Part shown: piece after piece, positions 13,001 through 25,955 of the stretch
Layout: every line of letters starts with the position of its first letter
How positions within the stretch are numbered: position 1 is the first letter of the stretch
Source: Octopus sinensis
Taxonomy: Eukaryota
Direction: 5' to 3'
DNA: 64,000 nt
NCBI RefSeq assembly: GCF_006345805.1
Contig: NC_043007.1
Location: 45,818,001-45,882,000 of the forward strand
The notes under the pieces: generated by a model
Told to the model about the DNA's origin: nothing
The model's database searches: none
What the model saw: the letters and a program-made list of their open reading frames with translations, nothing else
Program-made: the position numbers and the translations under genes

Positions 13001-13317
13001 TGGAGGCGCAATGGCCCTGTGGTTACGGCAGTGGATTCGCGGTCAGAGGATCTCGGTTTCGATTCCCAGACCGGGCGTCGTGTGTGTTTATTGAGCGAAA
13101 ACAACTAAAAGCTCCACGAAGCTCCGGCAGTGGGTAGTTGTGACCCCTGCTGTAGTCTTTCGCCATAACTTTCTCTCACTCTCTTCCTGTTTCTTGAGTA
13201 ACGTTGCGATGAACTGGCGTCCCGTCCAGGTGGGGGGGAAAACATACGCAACAGAAACCGGGAAACCGAGCCCATGAGCCTGGCTGGGCTTGAAAAGGGC
13301 GACGTTTATCGTTTCTA
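13001..13317 (+). mobile_element. SINE family C nested in a family B SINE, 13-bp TSD
   Basis: TCTTTACGTTCTG at 12988-13000 and 13318-13330; family B sequence continues on both sides. Confidence 0.85.
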
Positions 13318-13489
13318 TCTTTACGTTCTGAGTTCAAATTTCACCGATGTCAGTTTGCCTTTTATCACTTTGGGGATCAATAACATAAGTACCAGTTGAA
13401 CTCTAGGGTCGATGTAATTTGCCTATCCCACCGCTGAAATTGCTAGTCTTCTGCTAAAACTTGAAAGCAATATTACATACAAATTTAAG

Positions 13490-13690
13490 CCAGCAAACTG
13501 GCAGAATCGTTAGTATACCGGACGGAATGTTTAACAGTGTTTCATCCAAAATCAGCCGAGGCCTATTTTGCCTTTCATAATAATTTCGGGGTCGATAAAA
13601 TAAGTACCAGTTGGGCACTGGGTTTGATGTAATCGACATATACCCTTCCTGAAATTGCTGGCCTTGTGCCAAATTTTGAAGCCAATATTA
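13490..13690 (+). mobile_element. SINE family B
   Basis: ctggcagaatcgttag...gggtcgataaaataagtaccagtt. Confidence 0.8.
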
Positions 13691-16119
13691 AGTAAAAAAT
13701 TTTGAATCACCTGAAATATTAATCAAAATTTCATAACTTTGCATACGCTGATTTATTAACTGATTCTGATAATTTGGAAGTAAGACATTCATTTAATGAT
13801 CATACTGTTTTAGTATTGATGCGAAAAGTCAGCGAAACGGTTACATCAGAAGTCTTTATTTCTCTCTGGGAAGATATAGATATCTTTCTGATTATTTTCT
13901 AGTCAAATTTTCATTAAGGAAAGAATACGCAGCTTCTGAGGAGTTTAGCTGAGTTCCAATTTGTATTATGCTATAAATATATTTAGGCTACGTGCCAGTC
14001 TATTGAAAGAAGAGGATTACTATTTCTATCTTAAATGTATAAAGAAACTAAAATCTAATGAGATTGAACATAGACTTTCTTTTCGCTAAGAGGAAAAATG
14101 ATTGGCGGGGCAATCGAAATGTCTATTTGCACATCGAAGCTAAATGAAAAGAGCTATATTTCCTCACACAAATTATAAATTGAGGCATATTGATTCTAGC
14201 GTGTGACGCGTTCGAAAAAGCTATGTCTGGCCATTTAGAATATAGAACTCAGAGATATGTCTGAGACTGAATAAAGATTTCATCGTTTACCATCATTTCG
14301 ACAAAATTATGATTATCATATAGATATGTAAATTTGAATGAAAGCAATAATTAACATAGTAGTCAACGCTATTGAAATCTCGCATAATTCAGTGGTTCCC
14401 CTCATAAAATCTAGTTGTAGTAGTAATAGTGGATCTACGTCCCTAAACAGTCAGTATTCAATTGTTGGATCACTTGAATAACTCTAGAATTAATGTGAAA
14501 ATGACTGACACAAGTTTATTCTTAACCTAATTCCTAGGCAGAATCAGCGTGACCCATCGAAGTTTAGCTGAATGTTTAAGAAATGAATTTCATATCCGAT
14601 AGAAATTGGGTTCGATCTAACTTGGTGTTATCTCGCGCAAGTTTGATTTTCACTCTAAGTAAAATTGGGTAGAAAAAAAACGGCAAATACGACTGTCAGT
14701 GAGTTTGCAATTGTTATTTAACAGCTACAAGAGTAGACTGGAGTAACATAAAATTATGAGAACCTTGCTCAAGGACACAGCACTTCAGTGAGGAAGGGAC
14801 GAAACTACAATCTTCTGGTGTTGAGGCTAGTAACAATTTTCGTTCATAAATGCTAGTAGGACAACCTATAAAAAGTAAGAAGTAATTCGTAATAAAGTTA
14901 AGCTAAATATACTGAATTGAGATCGAGAGAAATAAATAGAAATAAGTCCGTGATAAATAGTAATTGATTGCCAGACAAATTCAACTGAATAATAAACTGT
15001 TGTAGCCTTCGGGTTGTGTAATGTTGTTTAGCTCAGATGACAATGCTGTGATTTATGCATCGACAGCATTGTCGAAAGGAGTTCTTTTAGCAGTAGGAAG
15101 CATAAAGATCCATTGAGGCGAAAGAAACAAAGAATTATCCATTGATGAAGTTTCTACCACGTTACAGTCTTTGCTGGGAAACAAAAATGTTCTATCTGGA
15201 AGGGAAGTTTTGTTTAGAAGTCTGTAACAGCGCAAGCTTCAACACCATCGCTAAGCAATGGAAGTAATAACAGCAGAAGTAGTAGCAGTAGTATTAGTCA
15301 GTACCGAGAGCATTATTTTCGAGAAGAAAGGAATAAATACAAAACTAAAATCCAAAAGAAAACAACCACAAGACAAAAATGAAAGAAAACCTACGATCAT
15401 AGCAGTAACAAAAAGAAAAAGAAATAAACAGCTATAAAAACAACAATAACAACAGCAATGCAAACAAGAAGTACATGCAATATAAATAGAGGGAGGTGTT
15501 CAGGGATTTTGATAGTCAGTAATCTAATCTAAAATTCAGTAGATTGTAGTTTTTATTACATGTCAAGAAACCCCCAAAATAAATTATAGAAAGCAGCAAA
15601 AATGGTTCCCTTTATGCTATCACTAGCGTGATAGAGGTAGAAACCAATGTTGTTGTGTATTGAGGGATGTTTTATACATTAAGTAAATTCACAATATTTT
15701 CGTCTTCATGCATCACATGAGGGGCCTAAAATAGCAGTAAGACATTTCTAAAGAAAAGCCATAGCACTGGATTAACTTTGTACAGCGTGAGGAACAAATC
15801 TCTGGAGCTGTTTTATACTAAAGGAATTCCTCGTTTCTTAATAAGGTTTTCCCTACCAAATGGTGGTAGGCGTAGAATATTGCTTTTCCTTTATTAAACT
15901 TTATCTACTCATCTCACTGTTGTATCTCTATTTATCTCTCAATCCGTCGTACCCTCCAACCACACCAAACACGCAGCCACTCATATGTATGTATAATTAA
16001 ATTTATGGGTGTGTATGTATGTATGTACATCTGTCTGTATGTATGTATGCATATGTATGTGTGTGTATGTGTGTGAGTGTGTGTATGTATGAACGCACTC
16101 ACACATACAACACACGCAC

Positions 16120-16161
<42 letters not shown>

Positions 16162-16741
16162 TATATGTATGTATGTGTATGCGTGTAAAATATTAATACT
16201 AATACATGCTTTACAACGTTCGGCCAGGCAAAGTTACCAACCAAACAATTTCATGTAAGTAGATTCTAAGCAAAGGAGATACTTGAACTATCGCCAGACA
16301 TGGTTCATTGGAAAATATAGCCAGGGCAAATTTAGAGAAGAACAGTTGATATCCAGTGATGCCGATGAGTAATTTATGAATAATACAGCTGCAATTCTCG
16401 ACGAAAACGGGAAGGAAGAACTAAAGAAGATAGGCTACATTTAAAAATAAATAAACGAAGAGCGTAGGCATTCAGAAATGTCCCTCGGTAATACTAAGCC
16501 CTCACATTAAGATAGTATCATGTGTAAGGAAATATATTTGAATTCGTGGTACGAATTTCAATACATAGAAAGCCATAATACTTCAATAATTATGAATAAG
16601 AACAATCATACCTTTCTTTTTAAAAAATCTGTCTTTTTATTTAAAACATTGCTTATTTCCGGAAATATATTTTACCAAGAGCCCTATTTTGTAGAAACTA
16701 TTTCTCAAACAGCCGCTTCCGAGTTGTAATATTCTAATATA

Positions 16742-18031
16742 CGAGGGACGTTCAATAAATAATGCCTCTGACCCACTTGCAGTTGTTTGATCTAGATGAA
16801 ATGTTGCATGTGCAATCATTTATATCTCTATAGAGTAAGTGGCAAATTACAGCTCTAAATTAATTGTGGTTTCTGATTTACAGGTGTTTGAACCGAGTCA
16901 AGTGTGAAATGGAGCCTGTTGAGTGTCGAGCAGTGATCCGGTTTTTGTATTTGAAAGGACGCACACCACGGGAGACTTTTGATGAAATGAAAGTAACTTA
17001 TGGTGATGATGCCCCATCATATGACCTTGTAAAATGCTGGCATCGTGAATTCAAACATGGTCGGAACTCTGTGGAAACAGCTCCCAGATCTGGTCACCCC
17101 TTCTGCCATTGATGAGGCATCTGTCCGTCAAGTTGAGGCTGCCATTTTGGAAGATCGACGCATAATTATTCGCCAAATAGCCCATGAGGTCAAGATTAGT
17201 ACCGGGTCTGTGGAAACTATCATACATGACCATTTGCATATGCAAAAGGTGTCTGCCAGATGGATTCCCAGGTTGCTCACACCTTTCCAGAAGCAAGAAC
17301 GCGTCGAGTGCTCGAGGATGAATTTGGAGATTTGCCGAGAAGATGAGTCAAAATTTTTCAAAAGACTGATTACACAGGATGAAACCTGGGTCCATCACGA
17401 TGATCCAGAGACCAAAGCCCAGTCAATGCAGTGGAAGCACCGTGACTCACCCCCTCCAAAGAAGGCAAGGGTGCAGCCCTCCGCTGGCAAGGTCATGCTC
17501 ACAGTCTTCTGGGACCAGGACGGAGTAGTGATGACAGATTTCCTGGCAAAGGGTACCACAATTGTAGGAGCCTATTATGCTTCACTTTTGAGGAAATTAA
17601 GAGAAGCTATCAAAATCAAGAGGCGGGGCAAGATCAGCAAAGGCATCCTCCTCCTGCAGGACAACGCTCCGGTCCACAACTCGCTTGTCGCCAGATCAGA
17701 AGCACAGGCGTATGGCTATGAACTCCTCCCCCATCCCCCTACTTTCCTGACCTTGCACCCTCTGATTTTCACCTCTTCCCAGTCATGAAGTTGTTTTTAA
17801 AAGGAAAGCGTTTCCCAGATGATGCAGCCTTGATTTCTGAAGTCACGTTCAGGTTGGAGGACCAAACTGGGGTCGTCTACAAAAACGGTCTCCAGAGCTG
17901 CATCAAGCAATGGGAGAAATGCGTAACACTGGGTGGTTCCTATGTAGAAAAAGACTAATAACTGTGCCAAGTTTCGTTGCTCTACTGCTATGGGAAGTGG
18001 GTCAGGGACATTACTTATTGAACGCCCCTCG
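16742..18031 (+). mobile_element. Full-length mariner DNA transposon (1290 bp)
   Basis: TIRs CGAGGGACGTTCAATAAATAATGCCTCTGACCCACTT and AAGTGGGTCAGGGACATTACTTATTGAACGCCCCTCG; TA TSD at 16740-41 and 18032-33. Confidence 0.97.
16909..17958 (+). pseudogene. Mariner transposase (D,D34D type) with two frameshifts
   Basis: HTH start MEPVECRAVIRFL, WIPRLL, ITQDETWVHH, LLQDNAPVH, reconstructed PDLAPSDFHLFP; shifts near 17100 and 17740; stop at 17956-58. Confidence 0.93.
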
Positions 18032-18170
18032 TAAATGCCGAAGTACCAATATGGTAATGTTGATTTATTTGAATATAAAACAGATTATAAATATTTCACT
18101 TCAGACTTCAGGTATTATGTTTCCATATATATATATATATATATATATAAATATATATTTCTTGTTAACT

Positions 18171-18221
18171 AGCTTCCTGAAGATTTCTCTTGAATGAAAC
18201 AGTTCTAGTCCTGTAGAAGCT
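18171..18221 (+). ncRNA. Type I hammerhead ribozyme motif (near intact)
   Basis: Stem I AGCTTC/GAAGCT, CTGAAGA, stem II TTTC(tctt)GAAT with a terminal T-T mismatch, GAAA, stem III CAG(ttctagtc)CTG, cleavage GTA. Confidence 0.7.
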
Positions 18222-18654
18222 CCTTCTATATAATAAAAAAAAAAAATATATATATGGATGTAGTGTAGCCTATCTACCTGAGCTCTACTCTAAATATTTG
18301 TTTATGATTTTTGATATAACACGTTGATTTAGGTAGATTGTTCGATAAATCAACGGGTTTGTTCGGGAAATCGTAAATAAATATTGAGAGAATAGCTGAA
18401 ACAGATATGCTGAGATAAAGCTACACAGAAAGTGTTTAGAAGCCCTTCAAAGCATTGAACTAGCATGGCTGCAGTGTAATGACCGAAAGAATTAAAAGAA
18501 TAAAAGTATTAGAAGAATATGAAGACTGCAGCTAAAGAAGAATTCATCTAAATCAATGAGGATATATTTATAAACATACATACATACAAACATAAATACA
18601 TACACACACGCACACACATAGACATATATGTACATATACATATGTTGTGTGTGT

Positions 18655-18722
<68 letters not shown>

Positions 18723-18915
18723 ATATATATATAAAAGGAAATTTCCTTTTTTATATTACCACTCGTGTTCGACATCTCCTTTTTTTAAATATATATATAT
18801 ATATATATACATACATAAATACATATATATATACATATATGTATTTATACATTTATATATTTATTTAAATTATATCTGTATATGTATTTATATATATGTT
18901 TCTGTGTGTGTATAC

Positions 18916-19032
<117 letters not shown>

Positions 19033-19767
19033 CAACTATCTATACATATATATATATATAATCGATCTACTGAATTATCAGCATATGAATTTTCTTTAGG
19101 AAATGGCTGTGATATTTTAAGCACAACACACACACACAAATAGGATTACTTTTCGATTACTTATAACAAGTGTAGTTTATACAAAAAATTAATTTATAAA
19201 GTAATGTACCTGCAGGAAAGAAATATATATTGAAAATCGTTTTCAATTATTACCCTTTTCGCTCGGGATATTTGCGTTATTATCGCTGTTTCCGTTACTG
19301 ACATGGCACTTTTAATATGTAGTTCCAATATTTGAACAGTTTTATTCATGGAATATCAAATATCTAGACGTATACAACATTCCTAAAGTATTTCTGGTAA
19401 TTAATCTTCATTTTACTTGAATTTACGATTTCTGTTATCCTCAAAATTGTCGGGTTCGTAAGATGATGTTGCTTGCATCTTTAGATTCTTCACTAGAAAC
19501 GCATAGTTTTCTGTGAAATATCTTGTGTCTTTTATAACAGAAACCAATTTACTCGTAGTGGGGTTTATTAAGAAACAATCGCAGTCGAACAGTCTCTGTC
19601 AGTCACTGACCATATCTTGAACGTATTGCGTCTCTTAACATCGTCGCAGTAAAGTCGCAACGTGTGGCAGCTAGATTTGTAGAAACCTACATGATCTACC
19701 ATTTTACCAGCAACAGATTTGGTCAACTTTCTTTGAATTGAATTCATCTACCACTCGTGGACATACC

Positions 19768-19925
19768 GTGTGGCTGTGTGGTAAGTAGCTTGCTCACCAA
19801 CCACATGGGTCCGGGTTCAAGCCCACTGTGTGGCATCTTCGGCAAATGTCTTCTACTATAGCTTCGAGCTGACCAAAGCCTTGTGAGTGGATTTGGTAGA
19901 CTGAAACTGAAAGAAGCTTGTTGTA
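19768..19925 (+). mobile_element. SINE family A, 5' half
   Basis: tggctgtgtggtaagtagcttgc..ccgggttcaagccc (A/B boxes) through gaaactgaaagaagc. Confidence 0.88.
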
Positions 19926-20345
19926 TATATATATATATATATATATACATACATATGGAGAAGGTAGAAAAGGAGCACACGAGTTGATATGTATAAGGAA
20001 AATAAGACAAGGTAGAAAATGTTAAAATAATTTTATCATGAAGAACATTTTAGTACCGGTTTCAACTTTTTCAATTTAGAGTAAAGCATGAAAAACAATT
20101 AAATTGTGGAAAAATTAAATGAAATGTATTTAATATTTATTTCCATATTTTTCAAATACAGGGACATTTTCCAAATTTCCGCCTGCCTCTGTGTTTCTTT
20201 TTTACTCTTGGTAGCATGTAGTAGGTAGTCGTAATAGTCATTTGAATACTGATGTTGCTCTACATGCCTTGCTAAGGGTTTTGCCGTATGTGTAATCTTT
20301 TAAGTGTGGAAAGGTCTTAATTTCTCATAACAAACACTTTTTCAG

Positions 20346-20387
20346 CATTACTTTTCCTTGCAAATGTTATGTTGTGCAAATGTTCAG
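20346..20387 (+). CDS. Possible small host exon (42 nt; HYFSLQMLCCANVQ if phase 0)
   Basis: Acceptor cactttttcag, donor CAG|gtatat; all three frames open, so frame unresolved. Confidence 0.3.
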
Positions 20388-21038
20388 GTATATCACTTTC
20401 ACTCTCTCTCCTCCTCTCTCTTTCTTTATCTCTCCCTTTCTTCACATGCACTCACATACACACATACACACACGCACATCATGTTTAGAAAGTGCGTGAC
20501 ATGTAACAATTCAGTTCGAAATCCATATGTCCCGCTGCACTACAACGCAGTTGCCAGGAAACAAATTTTCGTCATTACGTAGATAATCCCATGTTAAATG
20601 CTTGGTGGCTTCAATGGTCATCGACAACGGATAAATAGTGAGGAGAATATAATGTGAAATTATACTGCATTAATTATACTACTGTATGCTCTAATCACAC
20701 TTAGATATACATACACATATATCCGCATGAAGCTGTAAGGATGAACCAATTACATGTCACGGTCTACAAACACCCAGAGACATTTTCATTTGACTACAGA
20801 TGTACACTATAATACACATCCATGTATATATGCATACGCGCAGTCTTGCATGCATTCATTCGTACACACACACACGCACGTGCGCGTATACACACACACA
20901 CATATATGTATGTATATATCTGCACACATGTACACATTGTAATGTCCATGTATGTATATGTAGTTAATGCATACGAATTGCATGTGTGTGCAATAGTGTG
21001 AGTCAGTATATCCGTATGAATGAATTTGTGTTTATATA

Positions 21039-21917
21039 TTGGGTTCTCCCATAAATAATGCAGGATATACGACCTGCATCAACTTGCTATAATAGCGGGT
21101 AGTAATTTCACCTTGATCTTATTTTTAGTGTAAGTTTTGAAGAGTGCAGTTCGATTTTAACAGTTATTTTCGTCATAGCTATTATGGCAGTGACAAAGGA
21201 GCATATTCGGCATATTTTGCTTGACCTCAGTAGGGGCAACATTGCAACGGAAATTACGAGGAATATTAATGTAGTATATGGGACCCGGACAATAAACGTA
21301 AGCTAGTTTCAACGGTAGTTCCAGAAATTCAGAGCCGAAAACTATAGCCTAGAAGACGACACTCACCATGGAAGATCTGTAGAGCTCGACGAGGACGTCC
21401 TGCAAATCCAGATGGAGAAGAATGCCATCGTAACTGTTGAGGAACTAGTAGAGAAGCTTCGATTTGGTCATTGAACCAGTCATTCATGTCAGCGCTTGAT
21501 GAAATACGACCATCTTTGGTTTCAAGACGAAAGGTGTTCTTCCATCAGGATAATATTCCGCTACATTAGGCGAGGATGATATTTTAATCGCTGGAGCAGT
21601 TTGATTTGGAAACGATGCCCATTTACCATATTCGCCGGACATTACCGCATCTGATAATCATTTATTCGGCAGTCTTCAAAATCATTTGGACGGGGAAAAT
21701 ATGAATTCTGTAGATGAGGTCAGAACTGTAAAGCGGAGTGTTTGTTGTCACGGACAAGTAGATGTTGGAGAAAGGGTCTTGCAAGTCTACCGGATAGATG
21801 GAAGAGCATTGTAGAAAAGGAAGGAGTGTATAGTATAGATTAAAAACAACTTTGCTTATCTTGAGTTTGAAAAATAAAAGAAGTATGAAAAAACGCATTA
21901 TTTATGGGATGACCCAA
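21039..21917 (+). mobile_element. Internally deleted, degraded mariner
   Basis: TIRs TTGGGTTCTCCCATAAATAATGC and GCATTATTTATGGGATGACCCAA with TA flanks; remnants KEHIRHILL, YSLEDD, HQDN, SPDITASDNHLFGSLQNHL. Confidence 0.9.
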
Positions 21918-22245
21918 TATTTTCTAGTATACAAGTACGTATGATTTTGTGCGTGTGTGTGCGTATCTGTGTGTTTGAGTGTGTAATAGCATGCGTGTGT
22001 GTGTGTGTATGTGTGTGTGTGTGTGTGTTTGTGGTGCGGTTTTATATACTGAGAAATGTAATTTGCAATTAATATAGTAACTTGGTTTTGTACATCAGGT
22101 TTATTTGTTCAAAAAATCTTCAGTAGAGATACATCGCCGTTACAATCAACCGTCACCGTTCCATATACACAGACGGGCGTTTACGCACATACAGATACAT
22201 GTCTATCATATAAATACGTTTATATATTCATTTTGCAAGAAACAG

Positions 22246-22691
22246 ATATTGTTTTGTTTGGGGATGGTAATGTTGCCAGTTTGGCCAATGAAAACACACG
22301 CACTATATATTTGGCTTTCACTTGCTTCAGCCTTATTTTATATAAATTGCATATCAGCCAGATTTATTTCGACACACTTCTGTGACCTGATCAGTACTCC
22401 TTTACTTTCCTCTTTCCTTTTTGTGTCTCAAAAAAAAGAGAAAGAAGAAGGCAAAAGACCACTGATGAGGTCACAGAAGTGTGATGAAAAAACTCTGGCC
22501 GATATAAATTAATATAAAATAAAGCTGAAGCAAGTGAACACCATATATATATATGAATAAAAATGGAGTTAACGCAGGTTTAAACAAGTATTTTTACTTT
22601 CTACATATGTTTCAAAAATTCCACTGATACTTATTCAAAAGAATAAAAGGTATAAACAATGCAATCTTCTCTTTATATATATATATAATAT

Positions 22692-22724
<33 letters not shown>

Positions 22725-22785
22725 CTAGTGCGTGTGTTTTTATTGGCTAAAATTGCAACATGACCATCCCCAAATACAACAATAT
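22246..22785. repeat. Nested fold-back of Penelope-like pLTR fragments
   Basis: Inner inverted repeat 22317-22395 / 22461-22538; outer inverted repeat 22246-22305 / 22726-22785. Confidence 0.8.
22457..22500 (+). ncRNA. Degenerate minimal hammerhead motif (mirror copy on minus strand ~22357-22395)
   Basis: GACCA-CTGATGA-G-GTCACA(gaag)TGTGAT-GAAA-AAAC-TC-TGGCC; mirror reads CTGATCA-G-GTCACA(gaag)TGTGTC-GAAA-TAAA-TC-TGG. Confidence 0.55.
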
Positions 22786-25055
22786 ATATACGCATATATG
22801 TATGTGTACACATATATATCTTTATATTTGGATTTGTATATGCATAAGTACACACACACGTAGTAAATTATTCATACAGACATACATACATTCATTCACA
22901 CACCTACACGTGAGCGTGCACAAACACACTCACACACATGTAATAAGTAGATATACTCGTGTATTTGTTTAAGGCAATACGTTTCATAACGTCTCCATTT
23001 AAATTTACTTTAAGTATCCTAAACTGTCTCGAGATACTGTAAGTGGATACATTCTATTTCTTTGCAGTGAATATTGTTTAAATTTCCTTCATCTTTTGCC
23101 CCACTCCTTCCCCGCCATACTTAAATACATTGTTTCGGGAAAATAGATTTGTCAATGAAATGTCTATGTTTAGCGAACATTTGAAATACATCAATTCTTT
23201 TTCAATAATACTCATTCGTTAATTCCCTTTCATCTAATAACATATTATCATGTGGATAAACGTATTCTTTCGTTGTATTTCACTATCATTTTCTGTATGT
23301 ATTTTTTCCGTTTCTAGTCTCTAAGTACTCGTTAATGTTTTCTTGTTTATTTAGTAGAGAATAATATTACATCGTGTAGAAATGAATTAGTCGAATGAAT
23401 CTTGCGTTAGTTTAACCATTGAAAGCTCCGTGTGATCAGTCTCTATGCATACGTTCCGTTTCGTGCCGTTAGAAACCCAAATATCAATAATATGATCATT
23501 AATTTTTATGCAATTCTAAATTGCGATGATGTAATTTTGTTTTTATGCGTTTCTGTAAAGGTCAGTCACATAGGACGTTTTTGTATAATCAACATGACAG
23601 TGGTGACACATCATATAGATGAAATATGTAACTAATATAGTTTCTGCGCTGGCAATCCATATTTTAGATATGAAACACAGTGTATCTAAGACTCCATTAC
23701 TGAATGTTTACATGTGTACTATACAAGATACGATGTGATTCGGAGTGTTTCAGATCATATTTCCAGTAGAAAATCTACAGCGTTAATGTTCTTTATTTGC
23801 CTCAGGATGGTTTCCTCTTCAACTGGAGTGCAGATCCGCTCATTATCATGTAAAGACATGGTCCTCTCATGCTAGCTGCCGTAAATGTCCCTTATATTGA
23901 GTTCCTCCTAGTTGTTCTTGTTCATGTTTTGGTTAAAGCTATGAAGCTCCAGACCGGCTCAGGTCGAGCAAACTGTGTTGGTAAATAATCTGTTGAGCCT
24001 ATTGTTCTATAGTTAAATATCTTTCACTATTCTTCGATTTGTACTTATAAATGCAATGTAGTTTAGCGTCACGGGCTTGTGTATCCAGACTATTTCTGTG
24101 CGTTCCTCGATTTTGTTATGGACAGAATGGAAACAGATGCTAATTGTATGCGCATATTTTGTGATATGCATTCGTACTCAGCATTTATGCTCAGTGGAAC
24201 AATCATATTGATGACGGCTATTTCTGAGCAAGAAAGTTCCTGTTTTATAGTGTGTTAAATTTTAGTGCTCGGGCAATAAGTATATTATTTCAATTAGTTC
24301 ACATATTCACATGGTGGACGTGAACTGTAACTGACCTTGGAAGAAATGCTGTTACGAAAGGTAGTTGGTGCGCTTGATATTTAGTATATTTCTTTGAATA
24401 TCGAGGTACTATGTGTTAACAATATATGACAATGCATAATGCATTAAAAACATTCTTTGTCGATTATTGAAGTTGGTTGTTGGGCGTTTTGGTAACCAGG
24501 CAGAATTAGCCAATTTTGGATAGACAAACTATAATATTTGATATTTGTGCACATTGTAGTTTCTCATATTATGACTACGTTTGTTAGTACGTCATTTTGC
24601 TTTCTTTGCTATATATTCAAAACATAATTTTATTGACTTTTGTGTCTATGGTATATTTACGCTGTTGATATAGACAGTCTAAATAGTATTGTTCTTAGGA
24701 AACAGACATGGAGGTCAAAATTATTAGCTACTTGATTATAGGACAGCTCGACTAAGGTTGACCTGTCACTAAACAACAGATCTGATAAAAACAAGGGCGG
24801 TACTTATCACCAATTCTTTCAATTCCAACGATGATTTCCTTCCACCGTGCAAAGTATTTGAATTGTTTGATCCAGCTGTCAATGTCCTCTGGGAGGGAAT
24901 GAATTGCAAATTATATCTAATATTTATTGACAAAAGTGTTTCTTGTTGTGAAATCTCTGGAGCATCTTTGGAATTTTTTTCAGTTATGTTTATTCACATT
25001 TATCATATTTATATATATGTATTTGCATATGTATATGTATCTCTCTGTCTCTCAT

Positions 25056-25120
<65 letters not shown>

Positions 25121-25211
25121 ATATATATATATATACATACATATATATGTATTTATACACATACACACATATATATATATACACACACATATATACATAT
25201 ATATATGTATT

Positions 25212-25305
<94 letters not shown>

Positions 25306-25882
25306 CATATGTAAGTGCGTGCGTATAAGTATCTGTAATATTTCATTACATGCAATGATATCACACACATGCAGAGATGTTGGTAGTAGAAACAAGTGAC
25401 AGAAAGAGCAGCAGAAGCAACAGCAGCAGCCGTTCAAGAATTTGGACCTGGAGATCTCCATTTCCAGCGACTTCGAGGACCACTTCCCAGTGGTGACGGG
25501 CGTCAACGAAGAGCCCTCGACTACAACAAGACGAACAAAATTTTTTTTTCCAAAGCCTGGGGTCTCTAGTCCCTAAGACCTAGACCAACACCTAATCACC
25601 CTTACTAGTCTTGTTGCTTAACAACAACAGCAACTACTACTACTGCTGCTGCTGTTGCTACTACTAGTACTACTAGTACTACTAGTTCTACTACTACTAC
25701 TACTACTACTTGTGCAGGTATAAAACCAATAGACTGTGTGTACGTTATCTGTGTATGTCTGTGTAACAATAGGAAATTATGAAATTGTCAACTGGTAGCT
25801 GCTGGCATTGTAAACACGGTACACTTCGAGATCACTCAGCTAGCAAAAGTGAGTTATATCTCTCATTCACAAGGGCCAGCCT

Positions 25883-25955
<73 letters not shown>

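Noticed and set aside
17051-17361. Minus-strand ORFs inside the mariner
   Set aside because: Antisense shadows of the transposase.
22597-22650. Minus-strand GAAACATATGTA resembling a hammerhead 3' half
   Set aside because: No CTGANGA core or stem II could be placed; not counted.
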